From NCBI GenBank assembly GCA_046563655.1, contig CM102286.1, forward strand, positions 682,001 to 746,000: a stretch of 64,000 nt of DNA, written 5' to 3'. This stretch comes from Yuukianura sp. NJ FZ-2021. Taxonomy: Eukaryota. Both the position numbers and the translations under genes were made by a program. Of the stretch, positions 10,326 through 25,300 are shown in pieces (the first letter of the stretch is position 1; each line of letters begins with the position of its first letter). The notes beneath the pieces are model-generated. The model saw nothing but the letters and a program-made list of their open reading frames with translations. It was not told where the DNA came from and searched no databases.

Positions 10326-13300
10326 TTAGTCCTCCCCTCCAGCAGTAGTTTTGTTTCCAGTCTCTCCATTTGTACAATTCTTTGTCCCACTCTCTTGCGT
10401 AGCTAAAATTCCTTCGGATGGATCCAGACTGAATCCATTGGAAGGCTTGGTTGATTCTGAATCTCTGCTCGTTGGTTGTGTCACATTGACATAAATTTCT
10501 TCAGTGTCAGGTACTAAAGTTAAGGTAGAAGCTTGCATTAAATACTCTTCAGACTCTGATTCAGAATGTTCTTGGGTTGAGGGGTCGTTTGGTTCTGCTG
10601 AGTCCATTTTCTCACTCTCCGTCCACGAATCTGACCCATTTAGAGCGTCAGCATATTCCTACAAACCCAAAAAAAAAATTGAACCACAATTTTAAAAAGC
10701 AAAAGCACAGTAGTTAGAAAAAAAAAGTATCTCCAAAGATTCAAAAACTAAAAAGTTTTAACTAAAAGTTTTTATTTTGAAAACTCAAAATTTCAGGTGT
10801 TGGTCCCATTTTTTGAAAATGTTAGTCTAAGTTTGAAGTTGAATTAAAACTCACTTCTGTTGCCAACTCGCATGCGAGGTCAGATAAATGACTTTGAGTT
10901 GAAGATTGAGCACACTCAGCAGAAGAGTCTACAAGATGCGGAACAGCTGAATTACAATTGTAAGTAGCTGAAGATTGCAGCTTCGAGGGAAGTTTCGTCA
11001 AGTCCAGGTCTTTGAAATTTAAAAAACACAAACAGCAAAAAGTTAATTCACATGCACTTTAACACCCAAAAATTCAACTAAACTACACAAAAACATCAGC
11101 AGGAATTCCCAAGCATTGCAAAACTACTAAAATCTAAACTATACTAATTTGCCCCTCTGCTAGAAAGGTTTGTACAGCAGAAGACGAGAAACAGAAACTT
11201 ACACTGCGTAAAAAAAAGTCCAAAAGGGAGCAAAAAGGTTTTAGAAAAAGTAGAAAATTTTCAATCCAAAATTCCACCAAAAATTTCGAAACCAACAAGC
11301 AAAAGTGAACAAATGCACAAAACAACAAAATTTACCTTCGTCTTCACGGTGATCTGACGCTGGAGAGGAACGGGAAACTAAGCAAGTGGGACGCGTGTGC
11401 TGTGAATTCAGAATTGGACTACTGCTGCCCAGCATCGACGGATCACTTCCGGTTGACGACTTTTTAGTTCTGTTGGACACTTTTTGGAGTCGCTCTTGGT
11501 AACCATGGTTTTGCTCTCTGAGTCTGTGCAACTCCTGTCTCCGTCCTTCAAGCTCCTCGTCTTTTCTAGTAATTTCACCCTGCCAAAACCAAAAATCAAA
11601 ATTTCATCAAGGTGATAAAATTCTCCCTAAAAAAATTTCGACGGTAAAATTCAAAAAAATTACGAGTATCTGATGCAAAAGGGTGGCGAGGGAAGTTGCA
11701 ATCGTGGCTTGCTCCTGCGCAGTAACAAGATTCTCTGCTCGTCTGCTCTGTTCGCATATCGTTTTCCTTAGTTTATCCACTAAAACAACACAAAAAAGTT
11801 AATTCGTTACGTCAAAGTTTTTTCTTGTGCTTTACCTTCATTCATGCAGGCCACAACGAGTTCCTTTGAATCTTTGGCTCCGATCCCACCACTCCCAATC
11901 TCCTCACCGCTGCTGTTGCTGCCAGAGCCCGAGTTTAGCGGAATGTGAAGCATCTGGGAAGCCAAATTCATTTTGTCTCCAAGGGCTTTGCTTATGGACA
12001 GATCCAGTCTCTTCAGCTCTTCTAAAAACAAAAAGGAATTTAGCAGAGCCAACATTAGAAAAAGAGAAGTTAGGTTAGGAGAAAGGAGAGAAAAAGAGAA
12101 TGAATTAAGAGGAGCCCCAGTAATTGCCATCGCTTAGAATTAATTTGTACCATGTGCAGAAATAACAGGCTGTGCAAATTGGACGTCTCTTGACGTTATC
12201 ACCACCTCCGATGGCTCAATAAGCGGAGAAGTCTCTGTCACACGCAAAAATTCACCAACTCTCCGATTCGGATTTGGAGAAGAGGCCGTAGAACCATGGC
12301 GACTCAAAGGCTCTTTGTCGTTCCCTGCGGCAATTCATACAACCACAAAACCACCCCATTAAAATTACATCCCGCATTTAACAAATTTCCATCACAAAAG
12401 CACATTTTCAAAATTTTAAAAATCACAAAAAAGCAACGCGCATGTTAAGCAAAGTGAAAATGCCATTAAGCCACAACTCCCGAAAAGCACAACGATTTGC
12501 TCACTCACAAAAAAAAATTTCGTGCAAAACTGGCAAACTTAAAACACAACTTGCGAACTTCTAAAAAAAAATAGTAATTTTTGAAAATCGTGCAAAATCA
12601 AAACGAAATGTAAAGCTGAAGGTAAAAAATAAAAAGCATCAAAAAGCATAAGAAGAAACGGAAAAATGTCAACAGTGAGTAAAAGAAGAAACAGAAAAAA
12701 GTGAACAGTGAAACATAGATCAAACGTTGATTTAAATTTTCGTTCTAACCGGCTAGTGAAGTGTCAGGAGACGCTGAATTGCCCGGTATGTCATTCCTCA
12801 TGTCCATTGGACCTGGACTGGGTTCTTTTTTTGGCGAAGTGCCCAGGAGTAGACAGTCTTGTCCACCACTCGACTCTGGCTCACTTCCGCCTTCTCCACT
12901 TTCACTAACATCGTTTGTTCTACAAATGCAAAAACAAAATCAGCATTAGAAACCAAATCCGAAAAACCACAAAAATTGTTGTTGACTCATACTCTTTTCG
13001 CTCTTCTGGTTCTGGAACTGGCACTGGAATGCTTGGAGATGGATGGAAATCGGATCTGCGAGACTCTTGTCTACTCTTGTAGTCTTCAGCCGCTTTGGTA
13101 ATGTGGTGTAGCCATCTACAAAAAAAAAATGAAAATTAATTCTCAAAATTTTGAAACTTTCATCTCAAGTCTAAATGCCAAGTAAACAGTTAAAGTTGAC
13201 CTTGTAGCCTGGCTTTGAACTCCAGTGAACACATTTTTCAAAGGATTATTTGACATTCTCCAGTGCCAATTTTTTCAACAGCAGATTCATTCGGCTTGCA

Positions 13301-16300
13301 AACTTTTTTTTTAATGAATTTCTCAAAACAGGTTCAAAATCTTCCGCAATTTCACTCATCCGGTTTCAACTTAACTTATTTTCAATTAAATTACACTAAA
13401 AGGAGGATCAAAGTGTCAGAAGCCGAATCTTAAAAAGTCTTGTTCTTGTCCACCTCCTCGTGATAACGCCTACCTACCGAATCCAGCAAAACTAATTTCT
13501 CGACTGTAGTTTCTTATTCTTGACTACCCGAATTTTCGTGTTCTTTTACAAATCGAACTCCTCTGCCAACTGAATTTCCATTTCATTTCATTATCCTCCA
13601 AACACTTTCCTTCCCACTTTCCTAAACCCCGAGAAATTTGTATTCTTTTCTCTATTTTTAGTCTCTCTCACATTCACAAATCTCTCAAATCCTCCAGCCC
13701 AAGTTGCACAAAAGATGAACAGAGCACATGGTAAAGCAAGTAAAACTAACTTTACAGCCCATTTTCAAAAAAAAATGTTCAAAAAATTTGAACGCATTCA
13801 ATGGACCATCCCACAACTATTTTCAATAAACATTTTCAACTTTCAACATGGAAAATACGACGATTTAAATTTTACGCCCTCCTCAACCCGCCGTAGGCAA
13901 TTTCTGATCTCCATAAAAACAAATATTTACTCGCCCACTTTTATACCAAAAATGAACAAAAATTTTGTTGTGTTTTTGCTTTGTGAAAATTCGAGTTTCT
14001 GTATCTCAACAGTGGTGAGCGATACGGCCTTGTTTGTACCAAAAACTGTTAAAAATCTATCAGTTCTAAACAAAAGCCAACTGTTAGCTGATAAAGTACT
14101 GCGGGAAATCCCATGACTCACTTAAATTTCCCCGCTTCCTGCACATTACAAAAAAAAGTAACGGTAAAGCCCAATCAAGTGCAAATCCTAACGTTAATAT
14201 TTAGGTGAAGGACAAGGCCGAGGTGGAGCTTCCAACTAAAGCCGACGAAAGATACCCGGAAGAAAAAACTCAAAAAAGTAAGTTTGAACGAAGCGTACCC
14301 TTGAACGTGCATGAGTCTAGGGAACCTTGGAAATTAAATTTTGTATCTCTTGGCACACGCTCTACAGCCCAACTTGGAAAATTTCCTTGCCCATTATTCA
14401 TCCCACGAGGAATATATTGACAAATTATCATTCCTTCCTGCCAATTATCTCCTCGTTTAAAAAAAAACTGAATTTTCATTTTGAGTGAAACTTGAACCTA
14501 AAACTAATTTTCGAAAACTTGTTAAAGTTTAAGACTTACTGCTTCCTTTCCTCCGTGCTCGAACACACCAAGTCGTACATGTTGGAGGAAGTCATGTTGA
14601 TCAGCATGAACGCCTTCTTATCTAAAGTCCAAAAAACATGTTAAACTTTATAATTTTAGTTAAATAATGTAACTAGATCAAAATTTTGAAAGAAAGAATT
14701 TCAACTTACCCGCCGCGTTTGCACGAATAATCAAATTGTTTAGTTTAATCACTGGCCGCAGAGTGACTCTTTCTGATTTTCCGGTAAAACTAGGGCTCGA
14801 ATGAATTTTGAGAATGAAGCGATCATCTTGTTTCTGTGAAAAACAAAACAAAACAAAAATTAGTAGACAAAAAAGTTTTAAAAAAATATGAAGAAGTTTT
14901 CAAAAAATGAAAATGTTTTCAAAAATTGTTTTGTGCTATTGATTTTTGTTTCTTACCAAAAGAATGACAACCATATCGTGTAGAAGCACCAACTGAACAT
15001 CTTGCAAAACTTCAGATTTCTGTTTGTTTGACTTGAATTTCCAATGAAGCGGACCTTCGTGTATCAATTTATGGGCAGTAAGGTCCAGGTTCTGTTTTCA
15101 AAAAAAAAATATTTAAAAACCTGATGTTTTTAGAAAATGTTTTCAAAATTCGGAATTTTTCGGAAATATTACTCTCAACTCGTTGATAAAATTCGTATCT
15201 GGTTTGTCCACTCCCTTCTCCAGGGACAGAATCCCTTTCTCCAGCGCACTTTTGTCCAGTCTGCTTTGAATTTCCAGAAGACGCTGGTTGTCTTCTGCTT
15301 CCTTCTTGGAGTGATTGACGCTGTTCAGAATCTCTTTGCTCATCTCGAGGGCCCTTTGAATGGCTTTGTGTGCCTCTGATTCAGGGTCGGAGGACGAGTA
15401 GTGACATAGTTTTGAGAAGATGAGGGGGTACTTGGTGAGTCGTTGCATGACCATGGGAATCATGTCCTGAATTTGCAGTCTGCGACACACGGGATCCTGC
15501 TCTGCCTCTTGAAGGAATGCATTCAACTTGGGACTTTTCTCTCTCCGCTCCTTCAGCGCCTTGAGACCAATTTGTTGACGAGCACAACAAGCAGCGGCAG
15601 CTTTTTTGAAGTTCTCCGCAGCATCGCCATCAAACTGGAAAAAAATATTCAAAAAATGAAACTTTCGGTTTCTTTTTGACCAAAATTTGCAAGATTTGAG
15701 CCAAAAAGTAGTATTTTTACAGTTTCAAGGAGGAGTGGGCCGATATCACCAATGAGTGGATTCTCAAGTCGTTTCCGTTTGAGTGCCGTGTTGAACTTCC
15801 CATGCACATCCAGCATGTCTTCCCAACTGGCAAACAGCATCTGAATCAACTCTGGTGGCAGGAGTTGGTGAGTTCGTATCGGGCGATGGAACAGTCTGTC
15901 CACCACTTTCAAATGTCGAACATGAGACCGCTCCGTATGGAATAGTTCTACATTTTTCAAAAATCACAAAATTATAACTCAAAATAAAAATAAAAACTGC
16001 GGTTTTGGAAGTTTACCGTTGAGAACTTCTTGTCTTTTCTTCTCGTGGGACTCCAACTGACTCAGAATGTCTTCTGGCACTTCCTTGGTCCAGTCGGGTG
16101 GGTCCTGCTCCACTTCAATATCACTGTCACCTTCCCATGACTGTTGAGTGGGTCTGTAGTCACCGTGACCAGTCTCTGGCGTCTCTGAATGTCGCCCGGG
16201 CAACGAAGACGATGAATGATGAGGGGCCACAAGCTCCAAAGAAGTACTCGGACTGTCCGAACTTCTAAAAATTCAATCACAAACTCCGTTTCATCACTTC

Positions 16301-19300
16301 ATTTCAGAAAATTTCAAATTTTGAAATCCAAAAGTACTCATATTTTGAAATCTTACCTGGCTGAGAGGCTAGAATTGGAAGCACTTGAGTTATTCGCATC
16401 CGACAGAATCCGGTGGGAGTCGAGATCAACATCACTGAAAAACCGAACGAAAAAAAATTAGTTTCCGGCATTTCAATTTTTACGATTCACATATTCCACA
16501 ACTTGTCAAAATCCGTCCGTCAGCGTTACATTTTTATTAAAAACCATAAAAAATTTCAATTTCAGTCAACTTATCAACGTAAATCCAAACGTGATCTTAC
16601 TACTAAAAAAATTCCAAACGTTCAGTCTCTCTACATCACCCACCGTTTTCTTTAATGTTCCAAAATGTGCAATGTCTTCCGAAATTTTATTCTCTCTCTC
16701 TCAAAAGTACAAAAAAAGCTCCTCTATTTTCTCTTTTCTCCCAAAAACTTGTGTAATTTACGTGCACTTTTTATGTGTTTGGTCGTCAGAGTGCACTTTT
16801 CGTAAAAGTGCTCCTCAGAAACAATAACACTGAACATAAAATGACTTTCTCCTCATCAATAATTCCTAATTCCAGATTTCTTAGAAAGTTATTTCCACTT
16901 GACTGGATCTCTTCCAGAACACCTCTCCAGAACTATAGGGGGGACTTTAGCACAGGGGACTTAAGTCCATAAAAGTCAAGACCAAGAGCCCTTGAGAATC
17001 CTGCTGAATTAAGCGCCGCTTTCTCCTCGAGCGCTTTCTCCCAAAGGTCATAAAAGCAGAGTGAAGAAGTGCTTTTTCTCCTCTTCTCAAAAGAAAACCG
17101 CTTGAGAGTCCACTTTCTCCTTAAAATGTTTTCAAATTTTAGTCAATAGACCAAAAAACTACTTTTACGAACATTCAACTTTTTCAGAACAAAGAGTAAC
17201 TTCAAAATGCCAATTTCCGCCTAAAACTTTTCAAGTTTAGATTCCCATTTAAACTTTTCTGATTGACAAAGGTCTAACAAAATCAGTTTCAAAAAGTTCT
17301 AAATAATTCGGTTAAATAGTTTGGCTTTCGCGCGTGTGTTGCAGAATGTTTCATTTCCATTATAAACAGAACTGCAGATGTGTACATTATCCATCCTAAA
17401 TAGTTTTGCTTTCTGTTTAATATTTCACACACTAAATACTAACACGCATGCTGCGGTCGTAACTCATTTTTTGATCATCAAAAGCCTAAACAAAGCAAAA
17501 CAAAAGAAAAAGACAAAACTGCCCCACTTCATTTGTAAACTAGAAAAAAAAAATTCCGCAGTTTTTAGCAAATTACAAAAAGAAAACTCGTTCAAACGCA
17601 AACATTTGAGGCAAAAACCTAACAAAGTGAACGAAAATAAAAATCTGATTAAAACTCAACAAACAAAAACAATTCCACCAAGTAAAAAGTTTCAAAAAAT
17701 TTGATTAAAACTCAAACAAATTCTGAAACAAAAGGTTTCTGACGTAAAGAAAACAGTTTCTCTCAACTTTAATTTTTCTCTGCTCCACGAGCAAAAAACT
17801 TTTTAGCACAAACATTTCTTTTTGTTTCAGCAAAGAAAATATACAAAGTGGCCGTTCTTTTATGTTCAGTTATGTGTTAAATCCACATGGAAATGTGGGT
17901 AGCATGTGTGCTTGCATGTAATCCATCACAGAATCTGACCAAGTTCTCATCCATCTAACCTTCCACATGTCACTTTCTACAAACAAACATTCACACTTGA
18001 TTGACTCCCAACAGACAACATGGAAATCAACCAACTTCGCACTACATCAATCTCCAAATCCGGATTTAGCATATGATTTTCTCAAAGAAAAGTAAATCCG
18101 AATTTAGCATGTGATTTTTTTTAAATGTAATTCGAAATCCGAAAATCAAAATACCTTTCAGAAAAACTCCTACGATCAGGAGGTGGCTGTGGCGCAGACG
18201 CCGTCGTCACGTCCAGCGGACCAACATGGCTCCCATTTGTTGTCATCCTTCGCTCTTGGCCCATCCGTAAATTACTCAAAATTTTTCATCCAGTCGGTCA
18301 AAAAACTCAAAACTTCAAAATTTAGCACAAAAAAGTTCAACTTCCACAATTTCTGTTGAAATCCTCACCAGGATTTACAAAATCCTCACAAGGAAAATTT
18401 CCAAACTTCCAAATTCTCCAATTTTCGAAAGTAAGTTTAAAAAACGAATCTAAAAAGTTCAAAAGTGGAACAGATCACCACACAACTTTCTCTTCTTTGT
18501 CCACTCCTTTTTGTTGAATGAAAGAAAAACAATTGACCAGGAAAAGAAAGTCACAAAAAAAGAGAGATTTACGAGCTCCTTGTTAGTTACTCCCTCCGTC
18601 CAAATAATAAATCCTCCAACCACTAAAATTCAATCCTCCATTCCGAACTTCCTTATAAAAAATCACAGCAAAACACAGCACAAGCGCCAATTTTTTTGAG
18701 ACGTTGAAAAGTGAACTTGTAGTCTATTTCTGTTCTAGTTACAAAGAAGATGAAGTTTCCACGAGAGTAATGAGGCACGACTCCACTTTTTCCAAGTTCC
18801 AATTCGATGAAACCGAACAAATTAATTCGTCGTCCTACAACATGACGCAAGTTATCATGTCAAAGTGTCCTCCACTCTTCATTTCCCGGCGCCAACACAT
18901 AAAAACTTCTTCCTCAAACTGACTTCATCTTAGAAACTACTGGCAGCATCATATTTATCAAAGTCTACAACAAAAACTTACTGGAAAAAAAAAGTGCAAC
19001 ACTCCACAAAAAAGAAAACTTTTTTTCCATCCAATTTCACTTTTCTCTTCCCAACAAAGAGAGAAAAAGTTCTCAGACAAAAACTTTTTAGACAAAAATT
19101 TCACCACTTTTTCATTTTGAACTAAAAAGTGAAGCCACTTTTCTCGTTTTTGTCCCAGTTTATGTCACTTCCGTGGCGACGACTGTCTCTTCCTCAAGAA
19201 AAAAAAGTAGGCGGTGACTTTCAATTCAAAAATGGAACTCCAAATTCAATTAATTTTCACTTTTTCAAAAACTCCGAAAAAAAACTAGATCCGGTCTTCT

Positions 19301-22300
19301 CGACAGTTGAATCCGCACAGACTGGAGCCGTAGAAAGATGATGCCTTTAAAGTTCCATTTCTCAAAGTAAAAAGTCAACTGTGATGTTCACACAGTTTGT
19401 GTTTGTACACTATGTGCCAAAATGGAACACGAATCAGTGTCTTGGTCACAAAGTGCTTTTCTCCGAATTTCTAGCCAGAACAAATAGAAATCCGAGTTTT
19501 CGGCGTTTTCTTTCTAGGACGCAGCGGGAAACAACCGTTTTCATCCCACCACACAAAAACGACGACTGAAATCAAAATGAAGAGCGAACCAAACTTTCCT
19601 TGAACCAGAATCCAGAGAAAACCAAGTCGCTTTCTCCTCGTACTTTCTCTCCACTGCTCTCCCAAGTGCAAAATTTCACAAAAATTTCAATTTTCCTTTC
19701 AATTTCGAAAAAATGTCTCCAGAAATCCTTCACATTTCAAAAAATTTTAAATTGTCCCAGGTGCTTTCTGATTAAATCTTTCATGAGTCACAGATTCTAA
19801 ATAAAAATTGCCAAAAATTGGCCATTGCCAAAAATTCTTAACATGAAATACCACTTTATATTTCAGTTTCGCCAAGGTGAAAAAAACATAAGAAATAAAA
19901 TGGTAAGTTATTTTTTAGAGGAACAACGGCTCATAAACCAAATGAAAAAAGCAAAACAAGGAACAAACGACAACATTTGAGTTCTAAACTTAGAATTTGA
20001 GTATTACGGAACGGAAATGTCCCAGAAACTTCCCTTTTCCAACATAATAGACATGGTTTTAGTTGTTGGTTGACTAAAATTTAAATGAGATGAGACAAGG
20101 ATTATGAGAATGATCTTGTCATTCTTTAGAACAACCAAAGACAAGAATAATTTTGTCTTCAACTTAAACTTCCACCTTTGCCAAATCGAGCTCGTGAGCA
20201 GAGTGACTCTAATCCAATTTAATTCCAAATCCAATTTAAACACAAACTTCAAAATTTCCGCTTTCTCAAGACATAGTTCAACACTATTCTAAGCTTCTTC
20301 AGTAAAATGTACAGCTTGTTTCAATATTAGTAGCCAAACACAAAATTTAAAGCTACCTTAAGTTTTAGCACACTTTACAGTAAAACCTCTCATTCGGAAA
20401 CTCACGTTGATTGGCTGGTTGGTCGCGTTCAGTTATGTTTGAAGCTGAGAATTGACTTTTACAGGGCAAAACGCTCACGTGAAAAAAAGTTTCTAAATGA
20501 GAGGGTTTACTGTATTCTGATTCACCGTGTACATTCTGACTTCAATTTTTATCCAGCATTGTACAATTTTCAGCATTATGCAAAGTCTATAAACAGCAAA
20601 AACCAAGAAACACGGACCTATGTCGCAAAAACTTCAAAGGAAAAATGGCACGAGCCACATGAGACCATACCATACGGTGGATGAAATTCGCAAAAAAAAA
20701 ATTTCCTCTCCTATCTGGCACTTTTTTGCTTTTTACAAGGAAGCAATTTTGCACTGTGCAAAACACTGGAAAAAATTATCTGTTCCCATCCATTAGCCTC
20801 CCTTACACAACCTCCTCTCCCATGTTCCACTTCTGCCCTTCTAACTTAATTTTCCATTTGGGAATTTCCAAAATTTCAAAAAAATGAGAGAAAGCGACTT
20901 TCTCCTATTTTCCAAATGCCAGGAAGAGAGAAAAAGACATTTTCGCGACTCCGCACAAGAGGCGCGTGTCCTTCAAATTATAATGGCACAGGAGGACACT
21001 ACACAAATTTTTTCTTTCCACAAAACCCAATGACCAGGGATGTCAAAAATATTTAGTCTCCATGCACGTAATGTTAAAAAAAATATTTACGTTGAAAAAA
21101 AAAATTTCTTTTGTTATTGTAAGTATAATTTGCCCTGCCATTACTAATGTGAAACTAATAAATATTGTTTTCTTAAAAAATATTTTTTTGTGCATATTTC
21201 GGGGGGTTTAGAACATATTTTTGACAGCCCTGCTGATGACATTTGATTGCGCTTTTGCAAAGGAGAGGGACAAAGAATAGGTTATAGGTTTCCGTTGTGA
21301 CCCAATTCATTTTCCAATTCCCTCAGCCAATCAGCAGGCAGTTCCAGCAGCTCAGAGCCAATCAACAGTCAGTTCCAGTTGCTCAAACAATCAAAAAGCC
21401 CGCGCGTCACCTTGGATCTTTCCTGGCGCCAGGCTGATTCCAATTTTCTTTCACTACGCCTCAAACTTTTCTGTTTTTCCCATTTTTTTTTTGCGATACG
21501 GAAGTTACCTCAGTCGACTAATGGCCCAGGAAAATTACAGTTTTTTTGAAATAGACTAAATTCACTTTCAGTTGCTGCGAAAGAAAGTCTAAAAATCCAA
21601 TAATATGATAGGAACATTTATCCTAATGGATGTGAGATGATGATGTTGGAAAACATTTATCTTACTTTTAGCACCACTTACAGGCCGTTAGCTTTACAAA
21701 AAGTTCACTATTCCTAAGATTCGCAGATTACATAATCAACATCACTCCTATCCTGCTCTCTCCATTACCCAATTCCATTCAGGTTTCCAACTTTTTCAAA
21801 AAAAAAACTAAAAAAAAGTAGGACACACTATCAAATCAGAACTCTTCTCACGCATCTGCCTCCAAGAAAAAAAAACAAACAAACAAAAAACAACATTCGA
21901 AAAACGTCAAGCACGTTTTAAATTAATTACAAGGTTCTTTACTTTCTCTTTTCTAAATTTCACTTTTCCTGCTAGTAAAACGTACAAAAGAAAAAAAAAT
22001 TCCCAACCGAATGTAAATCACAAAATTTAAAGTTTTCCAATATAAAGTTTGTCAATTATTGACAAACTTTTTGCAATCTGATTTTGTTGTGCTCTGAGTG
22101 CAAGTACAAATTAATTTCTGAAACTTTTCGAATTCTTCAAAAAAACGCAAAACTGACGGGCATTTTGAAAATTTTGAAACTTTCGCCGGTACTTTGAGCG
22201 CAGCCTAACTTGAATTAGAGAAAGGAGGTTCTTACCTTGACTTAGAAGTTAGATTGGGATCACTGTGCTTTCTCCGCTCTCGTTCTCTCGGCTGCTTCTG

Positions 22301-25300
22301 CAAATTCAAACCAAAAAAGTTACAACTAAATCCACCAGGCGGCGCTCCACGTCGGATTAAACCCGCCAACACCAGCATTCCTTTGTCAATTCAAAAAAAT
22401 TCAAAATTTTAAAACTTTTCTTACCCTCTGAGGCCTCTCTTTGCAACTCTCCGACCGACCAACAATATTAGATGACCTCCTTGGTTCTTGACTTGGACTA
22501 AAAACCAAAAATTCAATTTCAACGTTCAAAATTTCAAAATTCAAGTTCAACTTTCAAAATTTCAAAAATTCCTTAATTTTAGTTCTACCTCAATGACCCA
22601 CAAGCAAGTCCGTACTGTATACACTTGGCATGATGCTTACAAGAAAATGTTTCTACTCTAATTAATTCCCCTCCCGCCCCCACGTATGACCTCCACATCC
22701 TCCCTCCTCACTCCTCCTTACTCCTCCTCCCTCCAGACTTCACTCCAGGAGAAAGTCAACTTTGTCCGTAATACTCGCCATTTATATTCACCCCGAAAAC
22801 ACTCTGCCTAAAACCCGCCGTATCTTATCACTCCTCTCTCCGTTTACAAACACCTACTGCCTGCTTTCTATTTTTTTTTCCAAAAAACGCTCAAAAAACA
22901 AGTTGTCAAAACCACTGAAAAAGAACTCACAAACGTGTAAGTTTTTTAGTGGAATTGGTTTACCAACTCCTTCCTGTCAAAAATTCGCACCTTTTGCATG
23001 ATTTACTAGCCCTAAAGCCTATCATAACTTTTAGTACACCGTGTATCAAATGGAAATCACCCATTTTGCTCCGCCCCTTTTCCGCGAAATCCAAAATTGC
23101 CCCATTTTTTACACTTCAATTCCCCTGTTTTATAAAACTGAGAGTTTTCAGAATAATCCAGTTTGCCAATCCATTTCACACAGACCAAATTTTACCAAAA
23201 AACAAAAACTCAAAAGTTGTGGTTTTTTGAAAATTCCAGGAACGGGGAAAACTGAACTTAAAAGTTATGTTGATGTTACAAAAGGAAAAGTTTATTCCAA
23301 GCATTTTGGTAAAATATTATAAATGCCCGGGGAAATGAAAACCGCAACATTCAGGAACAAATAAAAGTACAAAAGTAATAAAACTTGCTCAAACAAGAGG
23401 AATGGCAACTAAATTTCAACTTTTCAAAGTAGATTTTCAAAATTATGAAAATTCCTACAATTGTTAATTAGTTTTTTGAAATCTTACCGATGATCGTTTG
23501 CTTCATCCTCGTAAGTGGATCCATCTTGTGTCAGTCGCTCTTCACTCAAAGTGTCCGGCCGCTTGTCGCTGCTTTTCAAATTGTTCGAACTGCTTCCACT
23601 GCTCGACAGCGGTTTATCCCCTGAAAAAAAGAAGTTCCAAATTTTAAAATTAAATTTCCAAACTCAACATTCTTTCTGTTCTTAATTTTTGTTGAAAACG
23701 ACAACTTTACTTTGCCAAGCTCACTGAACCGTCACAAAATTCAAACTTTAGTTTTCAAAAACTGGGAACGCGGAAACTGCTTTTTCTGTTCCTTAAAAAG
23801 TTCATGGACGACCGGCTTTAATTCTTTGAAAAAAAAATTTTTTTTTCAATAAACTTTTGCCAAAGACTTTAGATTTGATTTATTCTCCAGCAGAACTTAG
23901 ACTCCATTGAGCCAAAATGTACCAGACGAGTCAAAAGTCATAAAGTTCCAAAGTCAAAACCAATTCTAAATTCCAAGTCATAAAACAAAAGGAAACCGCC
24001 GCCATTGTAGAACGAACAATATACTCAACTTCAGACTCAAAAAAACTGAAAGATCATGATTTTGAGAACAAACCAAGTCGTAAATAACTCATCTCCACAC
24101 AAATCTCCGTTCATCTTCAACTTCATCTGTCAACTCCATTCCAAACAAAACCTTAAAATAGAATCTTTCCTTTAAATTTTAAACAAAAACAATCTAAAAT
24201 TACCGCCTTAACAGTTAGCCTTGAAAGCCAATCATCTTTTCCCACGCCAAATAACAAACATCCTCTTTCAAAAATTTCTCTCAAATTCCGAAATTTTTAA
24301 ACCTCAAACTAAATTCCATCACTTTCAAAATCTTCCGCCTCCAATTTTTTTTGTCTTACAATGAACTTGTGTTGTCATAATTTTTCCAAAACCGAGCATT
24401 CCGTTTCCTCTTGCTCCAAGCAGAATCGATGCCGTCGGCGTAGGCTTTGAACTTCGCGGTGACGAAGGGCGTGGTGCCGCGGTACTCGATTTGGTATCGC
24501 TTCCGGGTGACACAGGTTTCGGTACTGCGGAACCCTTTTCTGGTGACAAAGGTACCGTTGGAACAGCATGTGAAACCGGAAGCGGTAACCGGCTCTGACT
24601 TGCCGAACTTTTACCGGACGACCGTGACGATACCGACGCTGACGACGACTTTTTCTTGACCTTGGCCACTTTGACTTCCTTCCCGCCCTCTCTTTGTATC
24701 GGATGAACCGGTCGATCGTACGTCATCGTTCCAATACCGGAATCACTCCTAGCACAGTTCGTCTTCTTAGTCGGTTGAAGCGGTACCGGAATCAGCGGTG
24801 GTCGGCAGTCAGAAGTCGAATTCGGTGAGTCCAATATCGTCAAAGACGATCTTCTAGGCGGTTCCGGTGGAACTTGGCACGGTGGTGACGGCGGCGGTAA
24901 GTAAAACAGGGAGCCACCAGATCGTCGCTTGACCTCGGCCCCACTTTCTGGCCCCACCGAATCCACTCTCTCTGGCTGCTTAGGTGGGACGATGTGGGGC
25001 TGGGGTTGGTGGGGATGGAAGAGGTCAAAAGGGGAGTGCAGAGAGTGTCGGAATTTGGGGTCATTGCCCATGCGTTGTTCCGTCGGAGTCTCTTTTCTCC
25101 TAAGTACGGTGGGTTCCTGTGCCTGGGCAGTTGGTGGGGCATGCGCAGTTGCCGAAGTGGGCGGAGTGAGTACAGTACTCGTCGGAAATTCATAGTAGTC
25201 TTCATGATTGGACTGCGTGGCGCGAATTAAGGAAACATTTCCGCATTCCGACTCCGTTGAAGCCGTTCGTTTCGGTCCGTACACAAAGGGATTGAAGTTG

